NCBI GenBank assembly: GCA_965649825.1
Contig: OZ287710.1
Coordinates: 62,001-126,000, forward strand
Origin: Penicillus capitatus
Taxonomy: Eukaryota; Plantae; Chlorophyta
Direction of reading: 5' to 3'
DNA: 64,000 nucleotides
Positions within the stretch are counted from its first letter, which is position 1, and each line of letters starts with the position of its first letter. This document shows, in pieces, positions 1 through 12,851 of the stretch. The notes beneath the pieces are model-generated. The model had not been told where the DNA came from and made no database searches. It saw only the letters and a list, made by a program, of their open reading frames with translations. The translations under genes and the position numbers were made by a program.

Positions 1-3000
1 ATCCTCATGGTATTCAGGTCTACCAAGAGAGGATAAAGAAACAGAAATGCGAAATCGATTTGATAACGGCGCTCGAGACAATGATGGAAACATATGAGAA
101 ACTAGAAGAGATGAGAAAGAAGCAAGATCACGCGACAACATCACTAAAACTGGAGACAGTGGATCGCAAAATGCCTATCCAGAGGAATATGCAGGTTTCA
201 TTTGTTGGACGCATCTTGCTTGCACTGACTTGTCAAACAAACAGAGAAGACACGAGCGACGACTATTGAATGCAGAGAATGAAGAAATCTCCGGGATGCC
301 TCATTTTCCACTACCGTTGCATGAATCTTTCGCCCCTGATGACGGGCCGCTGCCTCGAAGGCTAGAAACAATGTGCCAAGCACATCGGCTAAGGATTTTG
401 GAGATGTCCACAGAGCTTGAAAACATCAAAGACTCTGGCGTTTCGACCACAGAGAGAGCGACATCTCTTCAGGCTTTGCTCGAGGAACTGGGCCCCGTTC
501 CAAAAAGAACTGAACGCGCAAGAGCGAATAATCGATCCGTTCATCACTCTTCTATGAGATCTTCAAACACGCGCTCTGTAGCAATTTGAGCTCATGGACG
601 TCCTTGCTGAAAAATGGATAACATAGGTGAAGCGAACGTCGCAGCTTCTGTGCAAAGAGTTCAGGATCTCTTCAATGAGTGATCTCTCAATGCTAAAGCA
701 CCATGGAACGGTGAAGCCGGAAATCCGCTATCAAGTGGACCTCGTCATTGATGGGCGTCGGGTTGGAGGGACAGCAGCTTCTTACATGCACTCAGGGTTT
801 GAAGCAACGTTCTTTCACGCGTTCAAGTGTGACAATGACGCTCTCTGTGCCCCTCAACGTTTCCATGTGCATTGCACAGAGTTCTGCTGCATGCACAACC
901 AAATCGTATGACGCTAAATCTCTATCAGGCTACTGGGAGAGAAGTGCCAGCTTTGCTCGCTGTCCTCGAAGTGGATGTTCCCAATTCGGTCCCACTCCAA
1001 TCCACCTCCTACGCATTCTCATATCAATCGCTGTCAGCTGGATCTGCAAGCGATGGAGACAAGATGGCGGGCTGGATAGAGATCACAACAGGATGGGAGA
1101 CACCAGAAAAGGGACAGACGATAGAGCGCGAGGCCCTTCATTTGATAGAAAACTCAATTCCAGTTCACGATCAGGATACCACAAGGATACCCAAACCTCC
1201 AAAACACACAGTGCCGGCATTCCGTACCATTAAAGATGGCTCACCGTGCTAAATCTCTTCAGGAGTGCCAAGCAAAAATCGGAGAAATGCACAAGGACGC
1301 TACAGAAGAGCTGGACCAGTCCATTTCCAAAAAGGCTGCGGAGTTAAAGGCGCCTGATCGACATACAGCTAAAAGAACACAGTTCCTCTATCGTCGATGG
1401 AGAGCCATCAACATGGTTAAGAATGGATTACTGAGCGACAGGACTTTGGCGGATATCGCACTGCCATCTCTGGGCTCAGACGATCTGCAATCCATCGACT
1501 ATGCCGAGAAGATCCATACTCTCGACAAATTGATGAACACCTCTTCTGTGACATCTTCGCCGACTCGAACTCTGACAGATGAAGCGGAGAAGTTGTTTCC
1601 AGGTTTGTTCTCACGAGCCGAATGCAGACGCCATTCACAAAGTCTCCTTCAGATTCTCTGCTGCATCGAGAACTGGAGATACGTGATCGGAAGATCGGCG
1701 AATGTGTTATGCAGCTCGAGTCTCTGCTCAGATCGCAAAGAACAGAGTCCCAGACGCAGCTGACGAAAGCAGATATCGTTAAGCAATTTGAATTTCGGCA
1801 CATAACCAGGATTGCGCCGTTGGACCACGCATTCTCTATCCTGCGAAGATCCGTAACCAAGGAACCGGGTATTCAGGTATGGGTATCCGAGAGACTTCTG
1901 TATGCTCATAGACGTGTGCTCTAGACCCAAATGCCTTCCGCTTCTGATGGTGAGCCATACATTGAGATCGAAGTGCGCTCCGCTTTCAATCTCCCCCAAA
2001 GACATCTCTCGTTTCTCAACTCCGAGAGAACAAACAGAACGAGACCATTCGCCGACAGACACAACAGAACTGCACAAGTGTTGTCGCCTTTTGTCGAAGT
2101 CCATCACAATGGAGCGCGCGTTCGGACGTTTGCAGCGTCTGGTGTGGATCCCACATTCAATCAGAAAGCAAGCGCTTTCCCGTGTCTTTACGATCTCCAC
2201 TTTCTCTTTCTCCTTAGATCGAACTTCCTTTTGTTCCCATGGACGGTTCTTTGGCCCCGACGGATTTGATGCAGTCCAAGGATGTCATCGATATCCAAGT
2301 ACTTGATGAATTTCCTGTGTCTTCTGTCAATGCCGAAGGACGCGGAGCGAGAACCGTGTGCGATAGAGAATACCGATTGCTGGGGACATTAGAAATCGCA
2401 GTGGCCAGTGTTTGCCGCATGGGAAAGATAGAAGGCGAACTGAAAATCACGACACCGCCTGTGTTACTCACTTACTGCCAGAGTGCTAAGCCAGCTGTGG
2501 TATCTCTCTCCATTCAGCTGACGCCTCCGCTTTCCGAAAGTGCCAAAACTGATGGTGTCGCTCAACGAGTTCTACCGGGTACAGAAGATTCCTGGCAAAA
2601 GTGAAAAGAGGACTGAAAATTGAGATCAGACTGGATCTTATTGATTTGTAGGTGGATGTCAGATCTCCGTCACGCGAGAAAGTTCGCTGGAAGATCAAGT
2701 GTTGTCTCCTGTACGACCCTCGATGGGCAGAAATCTCTGATCTGTGATCTGATCTCTCCGATAACACTCCCGCCAAACATAGCAGAGAAACTTGATATGA
2801 ATTCTGAACAGTTTTCTGTTATGCTTGACTGTGCCAACTTCGTCAGTACCATTCCTCTGGTGCACGGCAGTCGTTATGCATTTCTGCAAGAGGCAGTCTG
2901 CTTGAGGAATGCAGAACTGTTAGATCTGGCTGCGGGAAGTGGCCGAGAGCACGCTTTTCTTCTGGCTGGCTACTTCGTGCAGCTCGGGATCGAGGTCTGT

Positions 3001-4051
3001 CGTACTTATCAGGAGAACTAGCTCCACTTCTCATCTGCAACAGGTGGCATTGGTTTATGGAATCGATCTCCACACTTCTCCCTCCTTCTGCGTTCTGACC
3101 ATGGACCAACAGAGCGCGGAGACCGACAGAGAATATCTCTTCTGGCATCCACTTACAGGAAAACGACATAAACTCAAGGATGTATCGAATCCATTGAGAG
3201 AAGTACAAGATTCTTTAACCCCATTCAGATGACAGGCTGGCGCTCATCGTTAGGTTCATTGTGTCTTCGATCGGAAGAATATCTGGGCAAATATCCAACA
3301 GGCTACAGAACCTTGGCTTTTGGATTGGAATTTGCACAAGCGCACGAAGTGGAAAGCACTCTACGGCAAACGCCATGCGAGATCGGCTGCCATGGACGTC
3401 CAAAGACCAGTTAGCTACACGCAACACAAAGAAGCAACCATGCTGTACCAACAGCTGGAAACCAAAATCCTTGAAATCGCCAAGGAAACCATCTGTCGTA
3501 TGTATGCTAAACGCAAAATCATAAAACGAGTGGCTGTCTTGTCAGGAATGCGAAGATTTACTGTCACTCCACCACACAAACGCGCAGCACGTGTTCTGAA
3601 GCGACTACTCTGTGAACTTCCTGACGCTTTGCAACAACTGGAAGAAATGGAAACCGACGTCATCCTTTCGCTCTCTATCTCTTTTTTCTATTCATCGTTG
3701 TGCTTCATCTAGGAAGGCGATGGATGGATGTTGAAGCAACAGTGGATCAGCGCTTTGGAAAGTAAGCACAGGACCGAGCTTGAAAAAGAGATCGGTCACG
3801 ATTGCTTCCATGGATGTGTTCTCTCGATCCCCTTCACAGATTCTCTCGAGCACGGCATAGAGAATCTCGTTTCGAAATCTAGATTGACAGAAACACAGCA
3901 AACGGATGCGAAACTCGCCATTGCCGCTCTTATTGAGCCCTCACATATTACATTTGCCTGTCGCATCTGGCTATACATTGCTGTCATCAATGAGCATCGT
4001 TGCGACATTAGAACGCATCAAAAACAAACGTGCGAGATTAAAGATCTGTAA
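1..4051 (+). CDS. CC2D2A: Coiled-coil and C2 domain protein 2A (MKS6, ciliary transition zone), multi-exon, 5' end outside window
   Basis: Spliced exons give CC2D2A-type segments: FKVLLHAQPNRMTLNLYQ (first C2), PFVEVHHNGARVRTFAASGVDPTFNQK|IELPF..DVIDIQVLDE..LLGTLEI..ITTPPVLLTY (C2), LLDLAAGSGREHAFLLAGYF, EYLFWHPLTG and C-terminal RIWLYIA. Introns are about 45-55 bp, one GC-AG (2168-2217). Exon structure at 530-665 is ambiguous. Confidence 0.9.
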
Positions 4052-4219
4052 TGTGCCGGACGTCTCATACGACGCCTCCTAATCGTACTATTCCCCCACA
4101 ACGCTTAAGTACTGTCAATTTACGACACAACAATGTGTTCAATTAAGAAAGAAGTAAACGTTTGCCTGCTTGCGTTGTCAAGGAAGACGAATGCTTCGAT
4201 AAGTTGATGTGACTTGAGC

Positions 4220-5373
4220 CTAGAGGAGCTTGACTTTTCTCGGATACCATGGAAAGAGGAGGTTCGTTCTATCTTTGTACTGCAGGTAGAAAAGATCCCC
4301 ACTGTACTTCTCATCATGCGCTGCCTCCAATATGGGGATGCCAGAGACGTATCTGAGAAGGAGATAGACAAAGATTGGACTGATGACCACCCACGGCGCT
4401 TTCTTCATCACCGTTCTGTTGGATGCCAAGACACACATGCTTGCCCAAACAACCATTTCGCCAAAGTAGTTTGGATACCGAGAGTAATGAAAGAGTCCTA
4501 GGTAGAAACGGTGTTATCCGTTGGTGGGTAGAGAGCAGAAAGAACACGTACCGTCTTGGATCCACCTCCCTCTGTTTGCAGGATTACTCTTGAAAACGTA
4601 CTTCTGCACGTCTGCCACCGTTTCCCAAACAAAACCAAAGAGAAAACCAGCGACCGAGAGCCAGTGAAAGGGTTTCAGTGGATAAACAGGAGTCAGTTTC
4701 TGAGATACAAATACTGGAAGGAGCACCATCATCGGCCACAGACTCTGAATTCCCCAAAACCCTGCCAATTTTAGCGGATAACTGATAACAGACTTCTTTC
4801 GTGAGGAATAGCAACTTCGAAAACGATGCTTACATGCTTGGCCCGGTCAACCAAGATTCGCCTGTCTGAGGAAAGAATCCAGCCAATCGACTGTCATCCG
4901 TACATTCTGCATTCAACGAAATTACAGAAGGCACGGAGGTTACCTATCGTGGCCGGTTTTCAGTATACGAAAGAAGAGATAACCAGCAAGTCTCATTCCC
5001 CAAAGGGAAACGCAGGATGTCAGCAGGAGACTGGAGGAAGGTTGGAAAACCCGCACTCCTGCCGCCGAACAGCATCGGACATGACTATACCAAGTCGTCG
5101 CCACAAACGCCCCAGTTCCCTGCACGACTCTCTCAGAAGCTACGCCAAACAGCTCCCCGCCCTCACCAGTAGATCGGTAAGTTTGTGCGTTTGTGTGAGT
5201 GCCGTGAGGCCAAAACCAATTCCGTTGATCCCGAGAACCACTTTGGCACATGACCATAGATGTTGCTCTGCATCATTCCACGTCTTGCCATGTCAATGTC
5301 CAATCAAGCCTTTCCCCTTACTCAACGGATCGGATACGATAAATCTGTTCAACGCCGTGAGCCATGCACGCAT
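4220..5373 (-). CDS. DUF1295 / steroid 5-alpha-reductase-like membrane protein, multi-exon
   Basis: Spliced motifs LWGMRLAGYLFFRILKTGHD|SRLAGFFP, LAGFWGIQ, ETVADVQKYVFK, GLFHYSRYPNYFGE and VSGIPILE match this family. Start codon is approximate. Confidence 0.85.
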
Positions 5374-5523
5374 CTTCTGCTCGGGTTCCCGAAGATTCGA
5401 ATCCCACTGTCCCTTTTCAGGCCGTTGTGCTCTCGACGAAAAATTGCGTGACGCACCGGACGTGTCGTTGGGAGTCGATCCAACTTTGTCAATCGGTCGT
5501 TCATGTACGCATGTGATTGATGC

Positions 5524-6273
5524 ATGGTGGTTTCACGCTTGTTCGCAACGTCGTCGTCCTGCCCAACGTCGTCGTCCTGCCCAACGTCGTCTCTCCGACA
5601 AGGTGGGCGACACGACTCGCGATGCACAGCATTATACGGACGACGTTTTCACCCGTCTCTATCTCGATGTTTTTGGGCAAGGAACTTGAATCGACGCACA
5701 CTGACCACACATCTCCCATCCAGTGCCACCAACTCTCCAAAACTGCACCAATCTGATGACAGTCCCATCCATCACCAAACAACAGAGGACGCCGAATCTG
5801 TCAGTGAGAGAGAGCAGGATGAAGAAGTGCCCTTGTCGTTCTGGGGTCGTATTCGAAAATGGTTTTATATAGACAAGGCCCGATTGCAGAATCTCGGTAT
5901 TGGAGCGTTCCTTGCTTATGGATTTGTGAGCAATGTCAGTTATGGCGTCTGCTTCACTGTCGCGTGGTTGACACACGTGAAGCGGACAGGGACCATTCCG
6001 TTTGCCCGTGGTCAGTGGAAGGCTTTCTTGGGCGTCTATGCTGGACTATGGGCTCTGCAGAATGTACTGCGTCCTCTACGGTTTGCCACAGCTGTTGCCT
6101 TAACACCACTCGTGAATCGCATGCTCCAGTCACTCACGACAAAACTTGGAATCAACAAACGGCAGGCAGTGATGTTACTGCTTTTTGGATTAGCCGTCTT
6201 TACGATATCTTCATTAGTGACTGGCATCTGGATATTGGGTGGTATTCCTACGCGTCCTCCCAAAGCTGTTTAG
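5524..6273 (+). CDS. Intronless membrane protein, probably plastid-targeted (possibly DUF1279/FAM210-like)
   Basis: 249-aa ORF with a Ser/Thr-rich N-terminus resembling a transit peptide, then hydrophobic blocks (GIGAFLAYGFVSNVSY, GQWKAFLGVYAGLWALQNVLRPLRF) of a type seen in green-lineage membrane proteins. The family label is tentative. Confidence 0.7.
   Translation: MVVSRLFATSSSCPTSSSCPTSSLRQGGRHDSRCTALYGRRFHPSLSRCFWARNLNRRTLTTHLPSSATNSPKLHQSDDSPIHHQTTEDAESVSEREQDEEVPLSFWGRIRKWFYIDKARLQNLGIGAFLAYGFVSNVSYGVCFTVAWLTHVKRTGTIPFARGQWKAFLGVYAGLWALQNVLRPLRFATAVALTPLVNRMLQSLTTKLGINKRQAVMLLLFGLAVFTISSLVTGIWILGGIPTRPPKAV
5546..5591 (+). repeat. 18-bp tandem repeat (CAACGTCGTCGTCCTGCC, about 2.5 copies) inside the putative transit peptide
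   Basis: Directly visible. Encodes the TSSSCP repeats. Confidence 0.9.
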
Positions 6274-6430
6274 TCATGTATCGCCCGAAAGATGCGATGG
6301 GATCGTTGGGACCGACCGTTGTTCGAATACGTGTTTTAATGCTACAAACGATCACGCGTCGTCGCATCGCGTTTGTTAACGTCACCGTCATTTGGAACGT
6401 CAGTCCGTTTGAGTATTGCGCTCGGTCACG

Positions 6431-8432
6431 ATGGAGAATCCGAGAACGACAACGAAGAGTTACCCGACGGCGGGAGCTCTCTACGTTGGTGATCTCGACG
6501 CATCTGTGGACGAAGGACTTCTCTACCAAATCTTCTCACGCGTATTGCCGTTCCATCGTTTGCCGTTTCGCCAACGTACGAGCGTGCGCGTGCACGCCTG
6601 TGTGTTAATAGTTTGGTCCAATCGCGTCAATTCGCGTCTGCCGCGACTCGGTGTCGCGCAAGAGTTTAGGATATGCCTACGTCAATTTCATCGCCTCTCT
6701 CGATTCCCAAGCGGGTAAGCCAAACGCTGCTGTTGTCTATCAACCGACCACCACCTGGTTTGGTTCAGCGCAAAAAGCAATGGAGGTGTTGAACTACACG
6801 ATGATTCGCAACAGGCCGATGCGTATCATGAAAGCACAAAGAGATTCAGAACTGCGAAGATCGGGAGTTGGCAATATCTTTGTGAAAGGATTGGATGCTG
6901 AAATCGATTCGCGCACATTGCACGATACCTTTGAAGTTTTTGGGTCTATTGCCTCTGCCAAAGTGGCCATGGATGACAGTGGGAATCCACTGGGATATGG
7001 CTACGTTCAATATGAGGCAGAAGAATCGGCTGTTGCAGCAGTGGAGCGTGCAAATGGAATGTTGCTAAAGGGACGGCAACTCTATGTAGCGCCGTATAAA
7101 CCTAAAACAGCACGGATGGCAGCAAAGGGCTTTACCAATCTCTATGTGAAGCACTTTCCACCGTTCGTCGTAGATGACGACTCATTCCGAGATCTCTTTA
7201 AAGATTTGGGCAAAATAACAAGCATCTATCTTCCCAAAGCAAGCATTGGATGTTATGATGAAGGAGTCGATGTGGTGGTGATGGTGAACAGGGTGAAGAT
7301 GGAAAGCATAAAGGATTTGGTTTTGCCAACTTTAGTGACCCTAAAGAAGCAGCAGAAGCTGTGGCAGCTCTCGATAAGAAATCTTTTGACGGAAGTTTAC
7401 TCTACGTTGCGCCAGCGCAAAAGAAAAACTTCAGAACCCGTGTTCTGCGAGACAAGTACGTGGCCTTTGTTATCTCTGTCTGCCTCGTCATCCATCTCTC
7501 TTCTTCTTCTTCAGGTTTGAGCAGATTAAGCGCGAACGGCAACGCAGTTGTCAAGGACGAAACCTTTACATCAAGCATATTAGTTTGGACTTGGAAGACA
7601 AAGACCTCCAGTCCCTGTTTGAGAAATTTGGGACAATCACCAGTGCAAAGATTATGGTTGACGAACAAGGCCAGAGTCGAGGATTTGGGTTTGTCTGCTT
7701 TGCATCCCTCGAAGAAGCATCAAATGCCATGAAAGAAATGAATGGAAAAACCGTAGATGGGCAGCAAATGTATGTGGCAGAGGCACAGAGCAAGGCAGCA
7801 CGCCAGGTTGAACTCTCTCGCATTCGCATGGCGACTTTGGGTCTGGGTGGAATCGGAACGGCACCGTACTCTCAGATGAATCCAGGACTTCTGCAGCCAG
7901 GGACCGTGTGGCCAGGAATGTATGGCTCGCACAATAACTCAGAGGATTTCCAGGGCAGAGGCAGAGGACGTGGAACAGGAGTCATGAGAGGAGGCGCTCG
8001 CGGAGGAGGCCGTTCCATGACAGGAAGAGGCCGCACTCCAGTTTGATCATGCATTCCTCAACCGTAGTGGCATATGTGGTCTGATGTCTGTAGGCTGGGC
8101 GTGGTGACGGAGGGCCGTTCCGTCCGAACTTGCAGCAGAATTCCATGGGGCCATCCACATTCCCTGGTGGAAGCAACTATCTATATCCGAATATCGTGCA
8201 CATGCCTCAGCAGAGCCCCCGGCAGCAGAAAGTTGCTCTTGGGGAGTCTCTGTATCCACATGTCTCGAGTCTGCAGCCGAAGCGCGCAGCCAAGATCACT
8301 GGGATGATCTTGGAGATGCCCAATCATGATGTTGAGGCTTTGTTGCAAGATCCAAATGCTCTACGAGCCAAGGTGGAAGAGGCTGTGGTTGTCTTGAATG
8401 AGAGTGGAGTTATGGATGATGAAGCGGAATAG
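6431..8432 (+). CDS. PABP: Cytoplasmic poly(A)-binding protein (4 RRMs plus MLLE/PABC domain), multi-exon
   Basis: ALYVGDL, SLGYAYVNF, GVGNIFVKGL, FTNLYVK, SRGFGFVCF and KITGMILEM. GC-AG intron 7239-7291 restores IYLPK|GEDGKHKGFGFANF. Confidence 0.97.
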
Positions 8433-9200
8433 AGTTTCAGTCTCCTGTGATAAATTTCATTGTGCATGGCGTTATGCAGTTAATAAGGCAGTGACAGATT
8501 AAGGTGATAATGATTGACCTTCCAAGAAAGTTCGTTGACTTTTCTGTTTAGACAAGATGAAAGAAGAGATAAGATTCAGCAGATTTTCGATTTCACTGCG
8601 AATGACGTTTTTAGACGATGGGCATTTCTTTCCAACATTCATCTTGTGCTCTCTTGCTCGATTTGAAGCAATCTGTCATGACTTGGCATCTGATGATGGC
8701 TCAATGTTATCGACGAGATGCCTCTTCTGCCTACAGTCCTTGCTATTAGTATGGTAAAAGATTCGTGGGAAGCCTTGTTTCATTTCATGTGAGCATGGAA
8801 GGGGCACTGAATATTACGATCTTCACGATTTTTGACAAGGGAGCAGCTGAATTGAGATTGATTCTTGAGGTCGTCAGATTGCAGACAGTTAGATCAAATC
8901 CAGCTGTGTTTCTTCCATCCTCTTCTACTGCTGATTTCTCTGCTGTTCACAATCTGCGAGTGTGTTCGTTTGCTCTGTTCTGCTTTGTGCCTGTCTGGAC
9001 GCAGAAGGAACGAAACAACAAGGAAACAAGATTGGCGCGTCTAGCAAGAAAGATGGCTTAGCCGATTTCAACGACCATTGTGTCTGTACATCCTGTGTAT
9101 GTGTTCGAAGCCAACATCGGCTAAAAAGATCAGAGTGATTTTGATAACAATCGATGGTTATGTGTAAAGCTTACTGAAAGCTGATGAAATAAACGTCCCA

Positions 9201-10025
9201 TCATTTGGACAGTTGCCGAAGTTCATGAATCACATCGTCCACCGAGCGCTGACGGCTGAAACCGGACATCGACTGCAGTCCATATTCATGGTTCTCCCCA
9301 CTGGATGCCACGCATCCATCTGATAACACAGTCTCAGATGAGATGATCAGCAATACTCTCTGAGAGTCGCCTGCCTGTCAGGACCGTGATCTGATAGCCG
9401 AGATCACACGCATCTCGCACGGCATGACTGACGCATTGATCCGTAAGGCCGCCGCCGACGATGAGAAATCGTTTCTCCATCTGACGAAGAAGGTAATCCA
9501 AATGCGTCGATTGAAAGACGGAGCAGCTTGTTTTGGGCAAGACGATCTCATCGTCACCCGGCGCGATCACATCCAGTACCTAATAAGCAGTATAGGCTCG
9601 CAGATACTTGCTGCTCTGTTGTCGTGTGTACCACACTTTTGCATCCCAACTGCCAGGAGGGATATGGAATCCAGAGATCTTGTAATCTCGCGAGAGGTCG
9701 CGCCCGTCTTTAGTTAAGGATTGAATAACAGTGTAAACTACTTCAATGCCCATAGCACGGCACGTTTCGAGCAATTCTTTCCATTTCGGGCAACACGTTG
9801 CTAGCATTCTTCTTTTCTCCGTTTTTACCTTCTCCTACAGACGAGACCGCATGTCTCGCATAGATGGCGATCAACGGAACAACGCACCGGGTGTTGTTTA
9901 AACAGAGTGCCTTCTTCATGGAGGCTATAGTTTTGAATATCGATGAAGAGACAGGCGACCTCAGCGACCTTCTTGGCAAAGCACTCGCGCTGTGCTATCT
10001 TCGGCGCATAGGCAGCATCGGACAT
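9201..10025 (-). CDS. Isochorismatase/cysteine hydrolase family protein, 4 exons
   Basis: Catalytic-triad contexts LFIDIQN, LPKTSCSVF and GGLTDQCV, plus VRDACDLGYQITVLT|DGC (GC-AG intron 9320-9374). Confidence 0.92.
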
Positions 10026-10317
10026 CGTATTCGCCTGTCACGTCGATGGGTCACTGTGCTTGATTCGCCGCATTTTGCGCGTAACAAGCCCAGCTGGAAG
10101 AGGTAAGTCGGGGAGAGCCACTGGAAATGCGTTCAAGTCACGGTGACGACGCGCCAGCGTGTCGAAGTCGTTCTTTTCACTTCTGGCGCGCTGTACTTCG
10201 CTTTGCTGGCTGGATTTTCTGGAAAGGCGTCGAGGGAACGTTTATGTCCAATAAAGCCGGCTAACGTCGTTGCGCTAATGGACTGTTGACGCCAAAGTGT
10301 ATGTTCGTTCGCGTAGG

Positions 10318-11406
10318 ATGCTCAAAGACGCCGTGGTTTTTGTCGGTAACTTACCACTCGATATCAAAGAATGGGAACTCATCGACCTCTTCGAGAAGTA
10401 TGGAGATATCCGTCATGTCGACCTAAAACTGCCTTCCCGTCCGCCTGGCTTCGCCTTTATTCAGTTCTCAGATCCTCGCGACGCCCGAGGCGCAGTGGAG
10501 TCGCGTGATGGATACGATTTCTACGGCTCGCGTATTCGTGTACGCTGCTCTGGTCTCTGGACCGTATATCATCTGGGACAGTCTCACTCTTTAGGTGGAG
10601 CTTTCACATGGAGGCTATCGCAGTCGTACTGGAGGATATTATCGTAACAAGGGATCCAAAATGTATGGCGTCTCAAAAAAGACAGAATACAGGGTGATCG
10701 TTACTGGACTCCCGGCCTCATGTTCCTGGCAGGATCTCAAAGATCACATGCGAAAGGCGGGAGATGTGACCTATGCAGACGTAAGGATCATTTTTCTCAC
10801 ACAATCTCACTCATGCTGCATTCTAGGTGTTCAATACCCGAGATGGCTGGGTTGGACTGGTGGATTATGCAACAGAAGATGATATGGTCTATGCCATTCG
10901 CAAGCTGGATGATACAGAATTCGAGAATCCATTCGATCGCTCTCGTGTCCGTGTTCGCGAATACACGGGTCAGCTGCAGTTAGGAGGCGGCAGTGGCGGC
11001 GGCGGTCGAAATCATTACCGTTCGCGATCTCGATCCCGATCTCGTTCGATCCGCCGTTCCCGTTCTCGGTAAGCGAATCTTTCTATCGTCGATCGATTCC
11101 AATCGCCTATGAATTGCATGTTCATCACGGTTTAGGGATCGAGGGTACGATCGATCTCCGAGACGCAGTCGTTCACCAAGAGCTGGGCGTTACTCGCCTC
11201 GAGGAAACTACGTGAGAACACCTCAGCCCAAACCAGAACCGTATACGCGATCCATGAGTCCCAGAAAACCGTCTTCCCCTCGAGAAGAAGACTTCAAGAG
11301 GAGACCGCCAGCCTATTCGCATTCTCCTTCGCCCAGAAGAGGCGATTCCTTTGACTCAAAGAAGCGCCCATCGTCCAAGAGTCCGCGCTCTCCACCACGT
11401 TCATGA
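10318..11406 (+). CDS. SR splicing factor, SRSF1/SR30 type (RRM, pseudo-RRM, RS domain)
   Basis: [16 protein letters not shown], the [13 protein letters not shown] signature and an RS/SP-rich tail. Three GT-AG introns. Confidence 0.95.
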
Positions 11407-11657
11407 AAAAACTGAACCTCGTCGTAACATTTGTGTGTGCGATCGATCGATCGATCCATCATCATTGGATGGGGTTTGCGTGCAATCTTTGTTAATGAGA
11501 ACGTCGGAAGTGATATTCATGATGGGTTCATTCGTGCGTCATTAAAGAAACGGGCTCGACAACGTGACTCGCGGCGACGACTTTTTCTCTCGGTTTCATC
11601 AATCACGACATGATGTGAGGCGAAGTGCGATGCAATATGCAGTTTGAGAAGGGTTGT

Positions 11658-12697
11658 ATGCGCAGGTCGATGTCGACGACGCCTTCCCCTCAGCTTCCCT
11701 CTTCCACAGGCGATAGCCATCCCGCAACGCAAGTGGCGCAGGCATTAGCCGCTATGGATGCAACCATTATTTTCGAGAAACCGTTGACGTCAAGCGATGC
11801 CAGCGGCTCGGGACGAATCGTCATTCCGAAAGCCATCGCCGAGATGTACTTTCCCCATCTCGAAAACCAAAGCGGCATTCAAATCGACGCCATCGACTCG
11901 ATGGGCAATGCCTACTATTTCCGATTCAGGTCGATAGCATGTCGACCTATCTCTGCCTAACAGCTTTGCAGGTTTTGGATCAATAACCAGAGTCGAATGT
12001 ACTTGCTGGAAGGGGCAGCTGAGCTTCAGAAGCGATACAATTTGCGTGTCAACGACGTCATGATCTTTGCCCACAAGCCTGACAAGACACTCGTTGTGGC
12101 TGGTCGCCCACAGACAGATGTACCATCCTGCGTCGTGTTGTGATGGCTCGTGGAGAGTAGTCTCTCGTAGACGGATGTCATTCGAAAGAGTGTGATACGC
12201 AAGGCGCCGAGTGGTGGTGGTCAAAAGAAAGAGCAGGTGTTTATATGGATCTTCCAACACATGTGTGAGATGTGTGATTAGAAAAGGAGTTTGTCGGGAT
12301 TCCAACGAACAGCTGTCCACAAGAAATCGAGAAAAGCACCGGGAAGAGAAGGGCAAGTGACCATGCAGCAACACCAGCAGCACAATTTCAACCCTTTCCT
12401 TGCTCCTGCTGGTCTGCCCTTCTCTTTCCGATCATCTGTCCGATGGCTCCTCATTGCTGTGCAGATGGTGTATTCCGCTTCTTGTTGAATTCGCATGGTC
12501 TTGAAAGAAGTGCTGTCTTTGTACAGTCGGGTGTGTGGACAGCAGTGCTTGACATTAAAGGTAACGCATGTCTGCGTGTCATCAGATGTGGATGTAGAGG
12601 GGTGGGTGGGTCTGTATGCGTAGGCGAGATGTATCAAGCCTTCTTTGATTCGCAGAACGATGCTCTGACTGCTTTCAATGCTGCCGGTTATTACTGA
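11658..12697 (+). CDS. B3-domain transcription factor (LAV/VAL-type B3), multi-exon
   Basis: FEKPLTSSDASGSGRIVIPKA..FP.L and FR|FWINNQSRMYLLEG. Later exons DGVFRFL..VWTAVLDIK|GEMYQAFFDS end at the stop at 12697. Confidence 0.9.
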
Positions 12698-12851
12698 CAG
12701 TGTTGTCCAATTGTGGCTTTTTTGTCGTCCAATTGATTTGTGCTGCATGATCGAGGAGTATCGAGTCCTCAATTTTTCTTTTCAAACATTATAGCCTCCG
12801 AATGAGTTCATTAATTCCCTGAAATCGTCTTTTTGAGAATAAGAAACGAGT

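Noticed and set aside
539-664. Possible second GA-AG intron in CC2D2A (617-664) paired with a GT-AG intron (539-581)
   Set aside because: A single canonical intron (578-626) also restores the frame, and the region is too poorly conserved to choose between the models. Needs RNA-seq.
4826-5689. 287-aa plus-strand ORF, and similar long antisense ORFs (5859-6608, 52778-53557, 56192-56965)
   Set aside because: They are shadow frames of recognised genes and have no motifs of their own.
8440-9200. Possible small gene between PABP and the isochorismatase
   Set aside because: Only short frames without recognisable motifs. The stretch can be explained by two convergent 3' UTRs.
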